DNA of 32,000 nt from NCBI RefSeq assembly GCF_009177065.1, contig NZ_WEZF01000031.1:13637-45636 (forward strand). The letters are read 5' to 3'. How positions within the stretch are numbered: position 1 is the first letter of the stretch; each line of letters begins with the position of its first letter. The notes beneath the pieces are model-generated. The model was not told the origin of the DNA. It did not search any database and worked only from the letters and a program-made list of their open reading frames with translations. This stretch comes from Tautonia marina. GTDB lineage: Bacteria; Planctomycetota; Planctomycetia; Isosphaerales; Isosphaeraceae. Made by a program: the position numbers and the translations under genes. Of this stretch, positions 15,871 through 23,367 are shown one piece after another.

Positions 15871-16905
15871 TTAAGTGTAAAGCTCATCCCATTCATCACC
15901 CAAAATCCAGCGAATTGCGGAGAGCTTTCCATTTATCATTCCCCATTCAAAATTATCCCAAGGACCGAGGTTTTCCAATCCGTATTTCGCTTCCAATTTT
16001 CGAGCTGACTCCAATGCCCCTTCCCAAATATCACGTTGAATCGGCCGCTCTTTACCAGCGATTGAAGGGAATGTTTCTCTTTCAACAAGTTCAATTTCAC
16101 CTGATTCTATTTTTTCTCGACGAACCATATGACGATTATACCAGACTTTATCGCATAGCTCGCCCTCGGCTTCGATTAGCTCAGAAAGCGATCGTTGCGG
16201 CTGCTCCCACTCGCCCAGTTCCGCCATTAGCTCAGAAACTAGATCAGGCCGCACCATACGCAATGCGTCGCCAATGTTAATAAAGTAATTTGAATTTCTC
16301 TTGGAAAAGAATTCCGCGATGTCAGGGTGAGCTTCATTGTTGTTGACTGATGTATTACTAAAATCGTTGTGATTGTTGGTCACAAAGGCAAATCGATGCC
16401 CAGCCGACTCCTGCCCTTGAACGCATTCACCATAGATTTCGATGATAACGGCATCGCCGGTGCTGTTCTTTTTGCCGTGGAATGGAGCTTTGACCTGCAA
16501 CGCTCGGTCAATAACACGAGACTTCACCGGCTCGCTTACTTCTAAAATGGCCGCAGTTTTGAATAGTTTTTCAATTCTCGTCATCGATTCGGCGACGGCA
16601 TCCCCTAGCGTCGGAAGCCGGTGGTCAATGTCGTTGAGTTGCTCCAGCACCTCTCTCTTTGAGCTTGCATCGCCGTACTTGTCCACAGCGTCTTTCACCC
16701 GCTTGAACACGCTGGAGAGGCTTTTCCGGCTGTCATCGATGATCCGCTGGCGGTTTCTCTGAAATTCATCGATGACAACGGCAGGCAGAAGGATTCCGAC
16801 TTCTTGCCGTTTCACAAGCTCCTCCAGAACGCTCAGCAATAGCTGTTGCTGAGGCTCCTTCGCCATGTTCAGCCAGACATCAGTATCTGCCATGATTTTG
16901 AACAT
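15871..16905 (-). CDS. PIN-like domain protein (344 aa) with uncharacterised C-terminal half
   Basis: ATG 16905 lies 2 nt after the MmeI-like stop. The longer ORF to 17007 would overlap that gene. The spacing of acidic and polar residues fits a PIN-like fold: IMADTDVWLN .. VVIDEFQRN .. STGDAVIIEIY .. FAFVTNNHNDF. G+C is low (line 16081-16140 hand count 19/60). Confidence 0.6.
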   Translation of the reverse strand: MFKIMADTDVWLNMAKEPQQQLLLSVLEELVKRQEVGILLPAVVIDEFQRNRQRIIDDSRKSLSSVFKRVKDAVDKYGDASSKREVLEQLNDIDHRLPTLGDAVAESMTRIEKLFKTAAILEVSEPVKSRVIDRALQVKAPFHGKKNSTGDAVIIEIYGECVQGQESAGHRFAFVTNNHNDFSNTSVNNNEAHPDIAEFFSKRNSNYFINIGDALRMVRPDLVSELMAELGEWEQPQRSLSELIEAEGELCDKVWYNRHMVRREKIESGEIELVERETFPSIAGKERPIQRDIWEGALESARKLEAKYGLENLGPWDNFEWGMINGKLSAIRWILGDEWDELYT

Positions 16906-16907
16906 TA

Positions 16908-19754
16908 TCAGCTCACATTCACGCAGTCTTCGGTGATGAACGCCGCCGCATCCTTGACCGAAGGCGGAAGCCCCGGCCCGACCACCGGCCGCATGCTCTC
17001 CTCGCAATCGGCCAGCTCAGCATTCAGGCTGAGCAGGAAGGCAAGCGGATCGTCCTTGGCTTTCATGCCGTAGGCAGCACGGACAGCGCCATCAAGTTTG
17101 TCTTGTGCTGCTGTCAGCGGGTTACGACCGGGCACGTCGAGGGTCCGATACAGCTCCCGGAGGCTCCAGCCGTTCTCTTCCATAAGGCGGCTCCGAAGCT
17201 GGCGCAGTGCGACGGAAGCAGCGGCCACCTGCTTTACCTGCGTGAGCGAGGGGGATTGGGGCCATGGGAATGTATCAAATACGGTATCCGAAGTGTATCG
17301 GAAATCGCCCTTCAGCGTAGAACACCGGGCAACAAACCACGCCCAATGGATGTTCGACTGAAGAATTCCGAATGAATAATCGTCCGCCAGAGAAAACACC
17401 TGCAAGGCATCGTTCGGGTGTATCCTCGCGTCGATGAATGAAAATATCGGACGCTTGGTCACCCTGGCGCACCCTATGTAACGCGGAAGAGTCGCCAGGC
17501 GATCAATCATCTCGGGGCGGCCTCTCCAGTATTTCCACCAACGCTGATAATGGTTTTGTCGCGGCCCTTTATCTTTGCCTGTCGCCTCCCGCTCTTTCTC
17601 GGCATTCTCTTTCATAGTCGGCATGACGTATGTTCTGACGTGCTCAAACGCTTTGCCATGCTTCATTGCGCCAATCAGGTCATCGCAATGGTTAAGATCG
17701 ATGGCATAGCGGGAGGGTGCCCCATGCGTCAGAAGATCATCGCCAGTCAGGTAAGGATGGATGACATTCTTCGAGGCAGGGTCTTTCGTTAGCTCCTTCG
17801 CTGCTTCCTCCGTCAGCAGGAACCCTTCGTTTCCGTGCGTCTGCCCCTGATAACATGCTCCGGAGTCAATGTTGGCTTGCAGCCTTTCAGCCTGCGTTAC
17901 ATCATGCGACGCGGAAAGAGCCGGTCCAATCCGGTCAACCTCGACCACTTCCCACGGGCTGTCTCTGTTATCGCCAATCTGCGTAAAGAGCTTCTTTTTC
18001 CCCTCAGCATCGCCCTTCACCCAATTTGCTATGGACACATGAACGACAGCATCGCCCGACCATACCTGACTTGAGACAGCCTCAGTAATCGTTCCGCCAT
18101 GGCCGACGATGTAATCGAGCCCCCCCTCTCGCGAATAGTTTTGCCGGATGGTATTGGTGCCGACCAGGCCGGCGTGCCCGCCCTTCGGCAGCTCGTCATG
18201 CGCCCGGCGAAACCAATAGACGCAGTAATCTGCCCGGCCCGGCACCTCAGGATAACGATCGCGCACCTTTTCTACATATTCGTGGCCGTACTCCTGCTGC
18301 ATTTTGTTTTTCGACTGATAGGGCGGATTCCCGACGATGGCCTGGGCTTTCGGCCATTTGCAGAACAGTGCGTCCTCGCAGATGATGTTTGCGTCGAGGT
18401 TGTCGAGCGGCAGGGCCGCATCGAATTCGATCGGCAGGTCGAGCTGTTCAGAGTCGATCCACGAACGGCTTTCGTCGATGGCCAGCTCCTTGGCGAGCAT
18501 AAGCGTCACCTTGGCCAGCTCGACGCCGAAGGCGTCTTTCTCGATGCCGAAGAATTGCTTTGTACTCACCTGCGTGCGGGTGCCCACCGCCTGCTGAGCC
18601 CGGCGGCCGAACTCGGCATGAATCTTCGCCATCAGGCTCAGTTCCAGCCGAATCAGCTCCCGGTAGGCGACGTAGAGGAAATTTCCGCTGCCGCAGGCCG
18701 GATCGAGCACCCGGAAATCCCGCAGCTCTTCGAGTAGCTGCCGCAGGTCCTTCAGCGTCTTCGTGCTCTCGATGCGCTCCCGCCACGGCCGCACGATAGT
18801 CGGCAGCACAACCTTCTGGATGTCGGCTTCCGAGGTGAAATGCGCCCCGAAGGCGTGCCGGGCCTGCTTGTCCATGCTGCTCTGGAACAGCGTGCCGAAG
18901 ATGGGCGGCTGCACTTTGCTCCAGTTTTCTTCAGCCGCCGACTGGAGCAGGGTGATTTCGTCGTTCACCAGCTCGACCGGCTCGACCACCTGAAAGATGC
19001 CGCCGTTGAAGTAGCGGACGTTTTTGAACTTGCCGCCCCGGGCCGGCTCAGGGTTGTTCATCTGCCGGAACAGGCCCCCGATCAGGTCGTAGCTGCTCTC
19101 GCCGCCGAAGCAGTCGGCGAGCAGCTCGCTGAAGAGCCCGCGTGGCAGAAGCTCGGCATCCTCCGAGAACATGGCGACCACGCATTGCAGGGCGAAGCGC
19201 TGGGCCCGCGCCCGCGCCTCGCCACGGCCGACCATCGAGTTAAAGACGCGTGCCACCTTGTCAGCGGCCGCCCGCGTGACATCGACGCGGTTGTTGCCGA
19301 ATTGCGGCTTCCGGTCCTCGGGAAACAGGAAGTTGAGCGCCGTGTAGCGGTGCGGCAGCTCTTCGAGGGCAATCCGGTCTACCGGGTCGTTGAGCTGGGA
19401 ATCGAAATCGTAGATCCAGAATTCGTCGAAGTTGCAGAGGATGACGTAGCGGGGCCGCTGGGGCACCAGCTCCAGCCAGTATTCGAACGCCTGCGTGTAG
19501 TGCTGCTGGAGCTTCTCGCCGCGTTTCTTCATCTCCATCAGCAGCCGCGGCCGCCAGAGCAGGTCGGCGAATTTCGTGCTCTTGCCCCGGGCCTTGACGC
19601 GGAATTCGAGGGTGGCTCCGGCTTCCTTGTATCCGCCGTGTCCGAACGCCTGAAACAGCCGGTCGCAGAAGACCTGGGCCTCGCCTTTCTCATCGCCCCT
19701 CAGGGTGCGGGCATAATCGACGAAGGTGCGAATCGGCTCGACGGTCGTGCTCAT
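16908..19754 (-). CDS. MmeI-family type IIL restriction-modification enzyme (nuclease + gamma-class N6-adenine MTase + TRD in one chain)
   Basis: Collinear with MmeI as I recall it. N-terminal nuclease motif FADLLWRPRLLMEMKKRG (D..ExK). Also RYVILCNFDEFWIY, IFGTLFQSSMD, GAHFTSEADI, SAM motif VLDPACGSGNFL, FFGIEKDAFGVELAKV, catalytic IVGNPPYQ, LVGTNTIRQ, and YTSDTVFDTFPWP near the C-terminus. Confidence 0.85.
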   Translation of the reverse strand: MSTTVEPIRTFVDYARTLRGDEKGEAQVFCDRLFQAFGHGGYKEAGATLEFRVKARGKSTKFADLLWRPRLLMEMKKRGEKLQQHYTQAFEYWLELVPQRPRYVILCNFDEFWIYDFDSQLNDPVDRIALEELPHRYTALNFLFPEDRKPQFGNNRVDVTRAAADKVARVFNSMVGRGEARARAQRFALQCVVAMFSEDAELLPRGLFSELLADCFGGESSYDLIGGLFRQMNNPEPARGGKFKNVRYFNGGIFQVVEPVELVNDEITLLQSAAEENWSKVQPPIFGTLFQSSMDKQARHAFGAHFTSEADIQKVVLPTIVRPWRERIESTKTLKDLRQLLEELRDFRVLDPACGSGNFLYVAYRELIRLELSLMAKIHAEFGRRAQQAVGTRTQVSTKQFFGIEKDAFGVELAKVTLMLAKELAIDESRSWIDSEQLDLPIEFDAALPLDNLDANIICEDALFCKWPKAQAIVGNPPYQSKNKMQQEYGHEYVEKVRDRYPEVPGRADYCVYWFRRAHDELPKGGHAGLVGTNTIRQNYSREGGLDYIVGHGGTITEAVSSQVWSGDAVVHVSIANWVKGDAEGKKKLFTQIGDNRDSPWEVVEVDRIGPALSASHDVTQAERLQANIDSGACYQGQTHGNEGFLLTEEAAKELTKDPASKNVIHPYLTGDDLLTHGAPSRYAIDLNHCDDLIGAMKHGKAFEHVRTYVMPTMKENAEKEREATGKDKGPRQNHYQRWWKYWRGRPEMIDRLATLPRYIGCARVTKRPIFSFIDARIHPNDALQVFSLADDYSFGILQSNIHWAWFVARCSTLKGDFRYTSDTVFDTFPWPQSPSLTQVKQVAAASVALRQLRSRLMEENGWSLRELYRTLDVPGRNPLTAAQDKLDGAVRAAYGMKAKDDPLAFLLSLNAELADCEESMRPVVGPGLPPSVKDAAAFITEDCVNVS

Positions 19755-20017
19755 GGGCGGTATCGGTTCAGGCTAACGGGCATAGAATTCATCGCGGCAG
19801 CGTACAAAGCAGGCCCGGGGTTCGCTGCCAAACCCCTGAGCAGACAGGATTTGCGATGATACCGCCGGATTCTCCCGCGGTCAAACCATGCGTGGATCGT
19901 AAGCCACAATGCCTGCCCTCCGGGATTCTCCCGGCATGAGCCTGCATCGTAACTCCGGCAGTATTGGCAATTTAGACCGGCTGTGTTAATCTGAAGGCAG
20001 GTTAGAGGACCATTGCC

Positions 20018-20338
20018 ATGAATGTTCATATTACTGAAAACTCGGAAAACATCATCCGCTCCAAAGTGCAGAGCGGCCGCTATTCGTCCGCCGAGGAGGT
20101 GATCGAGCGAGCCTTGCGGCTGCTTGAGGAGCAGGACAAGGCATCATCGCCTGAGAGCGGAGCACCGCTCACGGAAGACCAGAAGGCCAGCCTCGATGCC
20201 CAGCGCCGCCTGAAGGAAGCAGGATTGCTGAGCGAAATCCGGCTCCCCATTACCGATCTCACGCCCTACGCCAGCCGGAGAGCCGTCCCCATCCAGGGCG
20301 AGCCCCTCTCCGAAACCGTCATCCGCGAGCGCCGCTGA
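20018..20338 (+). CDS. type II antitoxin (ParD/RHH-like N-terminus) paired with VapC
   Basis: MNVHITENSENIIRSKVQSGRYSSAEEVIERALRLLEE resembles the ParD-family antitoxin N-terminus. The C-terminal ..PIQGEPLSETVIRERR tail is typical of antitoxins upstream of PIN toxins. The stop lies 1 nt before the toxin GTG. Confidence 0.7.
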   Translation: MNVHITENSENIIRSKVQSGRYSSAEEVIERALRLLEEQDKASSPESGAPLTEDQKASLDAQRRLKEAGLLSEIRLPITDLTPYASRRAVPIQGEPLSETVIRERR

Positions 20339-20339
20339 C

Positions 20340-20789
20340 GTGGCTTTCTACTTTCTGGACACCAGTGCTCTGGTCAAACGATACGTTCAGGAAACAGGAA
20401 CTGCATGGTTGCAGTCATTTTGCCAGCCTGCGGCAGGCCATACGCTGTTTCTGGCCCGCATCACGCTCGCTGAGATGGTCGCCGCGATCACGCGACGGGA
20501 ACGGGGCGGAAGCATCGCCCCTGCGGATGCCGCTATGGCTCTGGCTGATTTCCAGCTCGACTTCGCCCGGCAATACCTGCCAATGGAAATCACCGCCGCC
20601 CTGATCGTGCAGGCCGCACAGCTTGCCCGAACCCATGGCCTGCGCGGCTACGACGCCGTACAGCTGGCGGCTGCCCTCGAGGTTCACGCCCGAGTGCCGA
20701 CGCTTACGCTAATCTCTGCCGATCAGGAACTCAACGCAGCCGCCACCGCATCAGGCATGTCTGTGGATGACCCGACCATGTATCCCTGA
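20340..20789 (+). CDS. vapC: PIN-domain toxin, VapC family
   Basis: GTG start. (M)AFYFLDTSALVKRYVQE.. carries the first acidic residue. Also ..ITLAEMVAAI.., ..LRGYDAVQLAAAL.., ..LISADQELNAAA.. The spacing is typical of a 149-aa VapC. Confidence 0.8.
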   Translation: MAFYFLDTSALVKRYVQETGTAWLQSFCQPAAGHTLFLARITLAEMVAAITRRERGGSIAPADAAMALADFQLDFARQYLPMEITAALIVQAAQLARTHGLRGYDAVQLAAALEVHARVPTLTLISADQELNAAATASGMSVDDPTMYP

Positions 20790-20795
20790 CAGAGT

Positions 20796-21287
20796 CTACT
20801 TCCCCGCGGCCTTCGCGGCTGCTTCAACCCATCCACCAAAGCCCAGGAAGCCATTGTCGGCAACCCACCGATACGTCGGAAATAATTGCGACATAGGAAC
20901 AAGAATGCTTCCCTGCTTGACCTTGATGTGATCGAAGGGATTCTGGCCTTGGTAATCTGTGCGGCCGTCCTGACCCTTAATTTCATGAACGTAGATACCG
21001 AACAGGCCGTTTCCACGTTCGTAGCTCTTCTCGATCTCGTACTTTACCCAGGGCCGTTGCCATGTCTCATAGCCAATGAGAACGGCGGTGACGGAAGTAC
21101 CAACGAGCCCGTCGTCGATCATCCTTTTGATAGCCGTATCGCCTTTCTTTTTGGCCTCCTCCCAGAGCGACCTGTCCCAATAGCCTCGGTTCTCGATGTC
21201 GGCTTTCGACTTACCGTGGTTCCGGACGATACTGGCACGCCAGATGTCACGGTCGTAGTGAAAGCTGAAGAATACTTTTCTGGCCAT
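20796..21287 (-). CDS. thsB: Thoeris ThsB, TIR-like (DUF1863-type) protein
   Basis: MARKVFFSFHYDRDIWRASIVRNH..SLWEEAKKKGDTAIKRMIDDGL..TSVTAVLIGYETWQRPWVKYEIEKS..YRWVADNGF aligns along its length with Bacillus cereus MSX-D12 ThsB as I recall it. AGGAGG lies upstream. It is immediately downstream of thsA. Confidence 0.85.
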   Translation of the reverse strand: MARKVFFSFHYDRDIWRASIVRNHGKSKADIENRGYWDRSLWEEAKKKGDTAIKRMIDDGLVGTSVTAVLIGYETWQRPWVKYEIEKSYERGNGLFGIYVHEIKGQDGRTDYQGQNPFDHIKVKQGSILVPMSQLFPTYRWVADNGFLGFGGWVEAAAKAAGK

Positions 21288-21316
21288 GAAGGGCCCTCCT
21301 GATGAAGTTCCGGACG

Positions 21317-22759
21317 TTAACGCCTCACCCGTTTGATAATGGCGAAGATAGCTTCAATAATATCATCGTTTGAACTTTTTTCATTACCTAATACTTTGAA
21401 ATTCGTTTTGATGCTGAACCCAGGATAATAGTCGTCGATGTTATCGTTTACGATGTTCCAGATTTCGCGGGACGCATGCCCTGTCGCACCAACGGGAATC
21501 GGATAGACCCCCAACTGCTTTGCAATTTCAAATTCCTGCATCACACCGCCCGCAAGCTCCGGCTTTCCCTCTCCATCCTGCTTGTTACCGCATAGGAAGA
21601 TGGCAAAGCCAGCCTTCGAGAGCATGTCACGCCGGTATTTCTCCCAGAAATCCTGGACTGTCATACCGGCCGGAGCATTTCCTTGTGGGAATGGCCTTAG
21701 CACCAACCGGTCATCAGCGTGAGTCGTGTCGTCCCGATAAACGGCCTCCATGGAACCGACAATGACGAAGCTGCCAATCCCCAATCCAAACCCTGATATA
21801 AGATTATAACCGTTATTTATTATTTCTTCGCCTATTCGACGAGAGAGCTTTTCGATTTCCTCCTGACCGCGTGGCGCATAGTCGAAAGCGCTACCTGAGA
21901 CGAAAATATCGTTCAGATGCACCCGCCGGTTCAGCTCCTTGAGAATGCCGGTAACCTCTGCATACTCATCCACGAGTATCGTTCTGATATTGTACCGGCC
22001 CAGGTCGTCGATTCGAAGCTGCTGCTTTCTTTGAGCGTATTCGTATTCCGCGAGTTGCTTTCCTCTGAGCCCTTTCCTTTTGGGCTCACGACGCATGATG
22101 CAGTAGTGGTCCCTGCCGGTACCGACCAAAACACGAATTCTACTAAGAATGTAATCAATATTAGGGTCAGTGAAACTGAATCCAAGAAACAGGAATGTCT
22201 TCGAAATTAAATCACTTTCAAGAACTTGTGTGAAAGCTTGCCGGGTCACATTGTACAGTTCGTAATCCTCTTTTGTGAGCACGGCGTTGTCAGGCGACGA
22301 TACATCTCCGTGCATTTTGTAGATCATCGCATCAACGCGCCGCTTCAATGGAACGAGGTTTTTTGGGTCGGTTTTAACCTCGACTCGCTTTCTGGCGGCT
22401 TCGTAGGCATTTTCGATAAGCTTATCGTAATTCGTCGTCCAGACCGTGCGGATAGGAAGGTTCGCGATCAGCTTGTGGTTCTCCGTCTGCCGCACATCCT
22501 CAGTGTATTCCTCAACCAGTTTGCGATTCAAAGTCGCACGTGTCCGGCGTTTGTTCAGGTGATATTGAGCAATAGCTATAAGGTCATACTCAATATCGAT
22601 GTCGAGGTGGAGATCGCTCGCAATCTCCCTCATCAACCCTTTCCAATCGACGAAACCGGCCGGCCGCGAGAGCCCTGCTCCGGCGAAAAGCGCAGCAGTT
22701 CCGTCCGTCAGAGACTTCACATAGTTATCATAAAATTCCGGAAGTCCAATTTCAGACAT
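21317..22759 (-). CDS. thsA: Thoeris ThsA, SIR2 (NADase) + SLOG domain protein
   Basis: SIR2 part: ALFAGAGLS..ENHKLIANLPIRTVWTTNYDKLIE..IYKMHGDVSSPDNAVLTKEDYE..FLFLGFSFTDPNIDYILSRIR. SLOG part: IFVSGSA..LISGFGLGIGSFVIVG..DRLVLRPFPQG..YRRDMLSKAGFAIFLCGNK..PIPVGATG. It is collinear with B. cereus ThsA. Confidence 0.9.
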   Translation of the reverse strand: MSEIGLPEFYDNYVKSLTDGTAALFAGAGLSRPAGFVDWKGLMREIASDLHLDIDIEYDLIAIAQYHLNKRRTRATLNRKLVEEYTEDVRQTENHKLIANLPIRTVWTTNYDKLIENAYEAARKRVEVKTDPKNLVPLKRRVDAMIYKMHGDVSSPDNAVLTKEDYELYNVTRQAFTQVLESDLISKTFLFLGFSFTDPNIDYILSRIRVLVGTGRDHYCIMRREPKRKGLRGKQLAEYEYAQRKQQLRIDDLGRYNIRTILVDEYAEVTGILKELNRRVHLNDIFVSGSAFDYAPRGQEEIEKLSRRIGEEIINNGYNLISGFGLGIGSFVIVGSMEAVYRDDTTHADDRLVLRPFPQGNAPAGMTVQDFWEKYRRDMLSKAGFAIFLCGNKQDGEGKPELAGGVMQEFEIAKQLGVYPIPVGATGHASREIWNIVNDNIDDYYPGFSIKTNFKVLGNEKSSNDDIIEAIFAIIKRVRR

Positions 22760-22792
22760 ACTTTAAATCCCGTGCACTCATAGCGATTCTAT

Positions 22793-23152
22793 TCAGCCAT
22801 AATACCGTGCAATCGAGGATGCCGCCATAAGCGTCTTCTGCAGATTCCAGGAAGCTAGGTCACATTGCTTTACCACCCAACCCTCCGGGTCCACCAGCTC
22901 CCGCAACTCGTATCCGACGCCGATACGCTTCCGGGCGGTACCCCGCCGCCTGAGGCTCTGCCGCACCAGCCTCCGCGCTTCCGCTTCATCCCGGGCCAGA
23001 TAGCGGATGGTGCGCCCCCTCGCCCCGATGCGGCCATAGGTCACGTCAACCAGCCAGGTGCCGAACAAGTCGGTGCCCGCTTCGAGCCGGTAAGCACGGT
23101 AGCGGCCGCGTGCCGGATCGCACGCTTCGAGGGTGGCGGCAAAGACGTTCAT
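22793..23152 (-). CDS. small WGR-domain protein
   Basis: ATG 23152 has GGAGG ~11 nt upstream. The WGR core is RYRAYRLEAGTDLFGTWLVDVTYGRIGARGRTIRYLARDEAEARRLVRQSLRRRGTARKRIGVGYELREL. The C-terminal ~25 aa run into the lower-GC Thoeris islet. Confidence 0.7.
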   Translation of the reverse strand: MNVFAATLEACDPARGRYRAYRLEAGTDLFGTWLVDVTYGRIGARGRTIRYLARDEAEARRLVRQSLRRRGTARKRIGVGYELRELVDPEGWVVKQCDLASWNLQKTLMAASSIARYYG

Positions 23153-23200
23153 GGTCGGGTTCCCTCCCCTGCCCGGCAGCACGGCACCCCCTTCTCCTTT

Positions 23201-23230
23201 CGGTAAAGAAAACGAGGGTTTTCTTTACCG
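23201..23230. other. perfect 13-bp inverted repeat with 4-bp centre; candidate res site I / crossover site for the adjacent serine recombinase
   Basis: CGGTAAAGAAAAC-GAGG-GTTTTCTTTACCG. The geometry (12-13-bp arms, 4-bp spacer) matches Tn3/gamma-delta res site I. The AAAAC..GTTTT core resembles hix/gix sites. It lies 138 nt upstream of the recombinase ATG. Further GGTAAAG / TGTAAAG-containing sequences occur at ~23272-23313. Confidence 0.45.
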
Positions 23231-23367
23231 CAAGCCGGAGGCACCCTGCCCGATCGATTTTCCTTGCCTTTTGGTGTAAAGTAAGTCAGTCAGGAAATCA
23301 AGGTAAAGTTACGGCAGCTTGCGACGAGTTTCTTATCGATTTGCCGCGATTACATGGGATTTGGTTT

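Noticed and set aside
15125-16280. Plus-strand ORFs 15125-15814 and 15405-16280
   Set aside because: They are antisense to the Cas4-like and PIN-like ORFs. Their translations are proline/arginine/serine-rich and lack domains.
16908-19754. BREX PglX interpretation of the large methyltransferase
   Set aside because: No pglZ, brxC, brxA, brxB or brxL-like genes are in the window. The N-terminus keeps the MmeI-type D..ExK nuclease motif. A type IIL RM enzyme is therefore the better call.
18840-19859. 339-aa plus-strand ORF antisense to the MmeI-like gene
   Set aside because: It is a shadow ORF in the GC-rich 5' part of the MmeI-like gene. It has no motifs, while the minus frame is collinear with MmeI.
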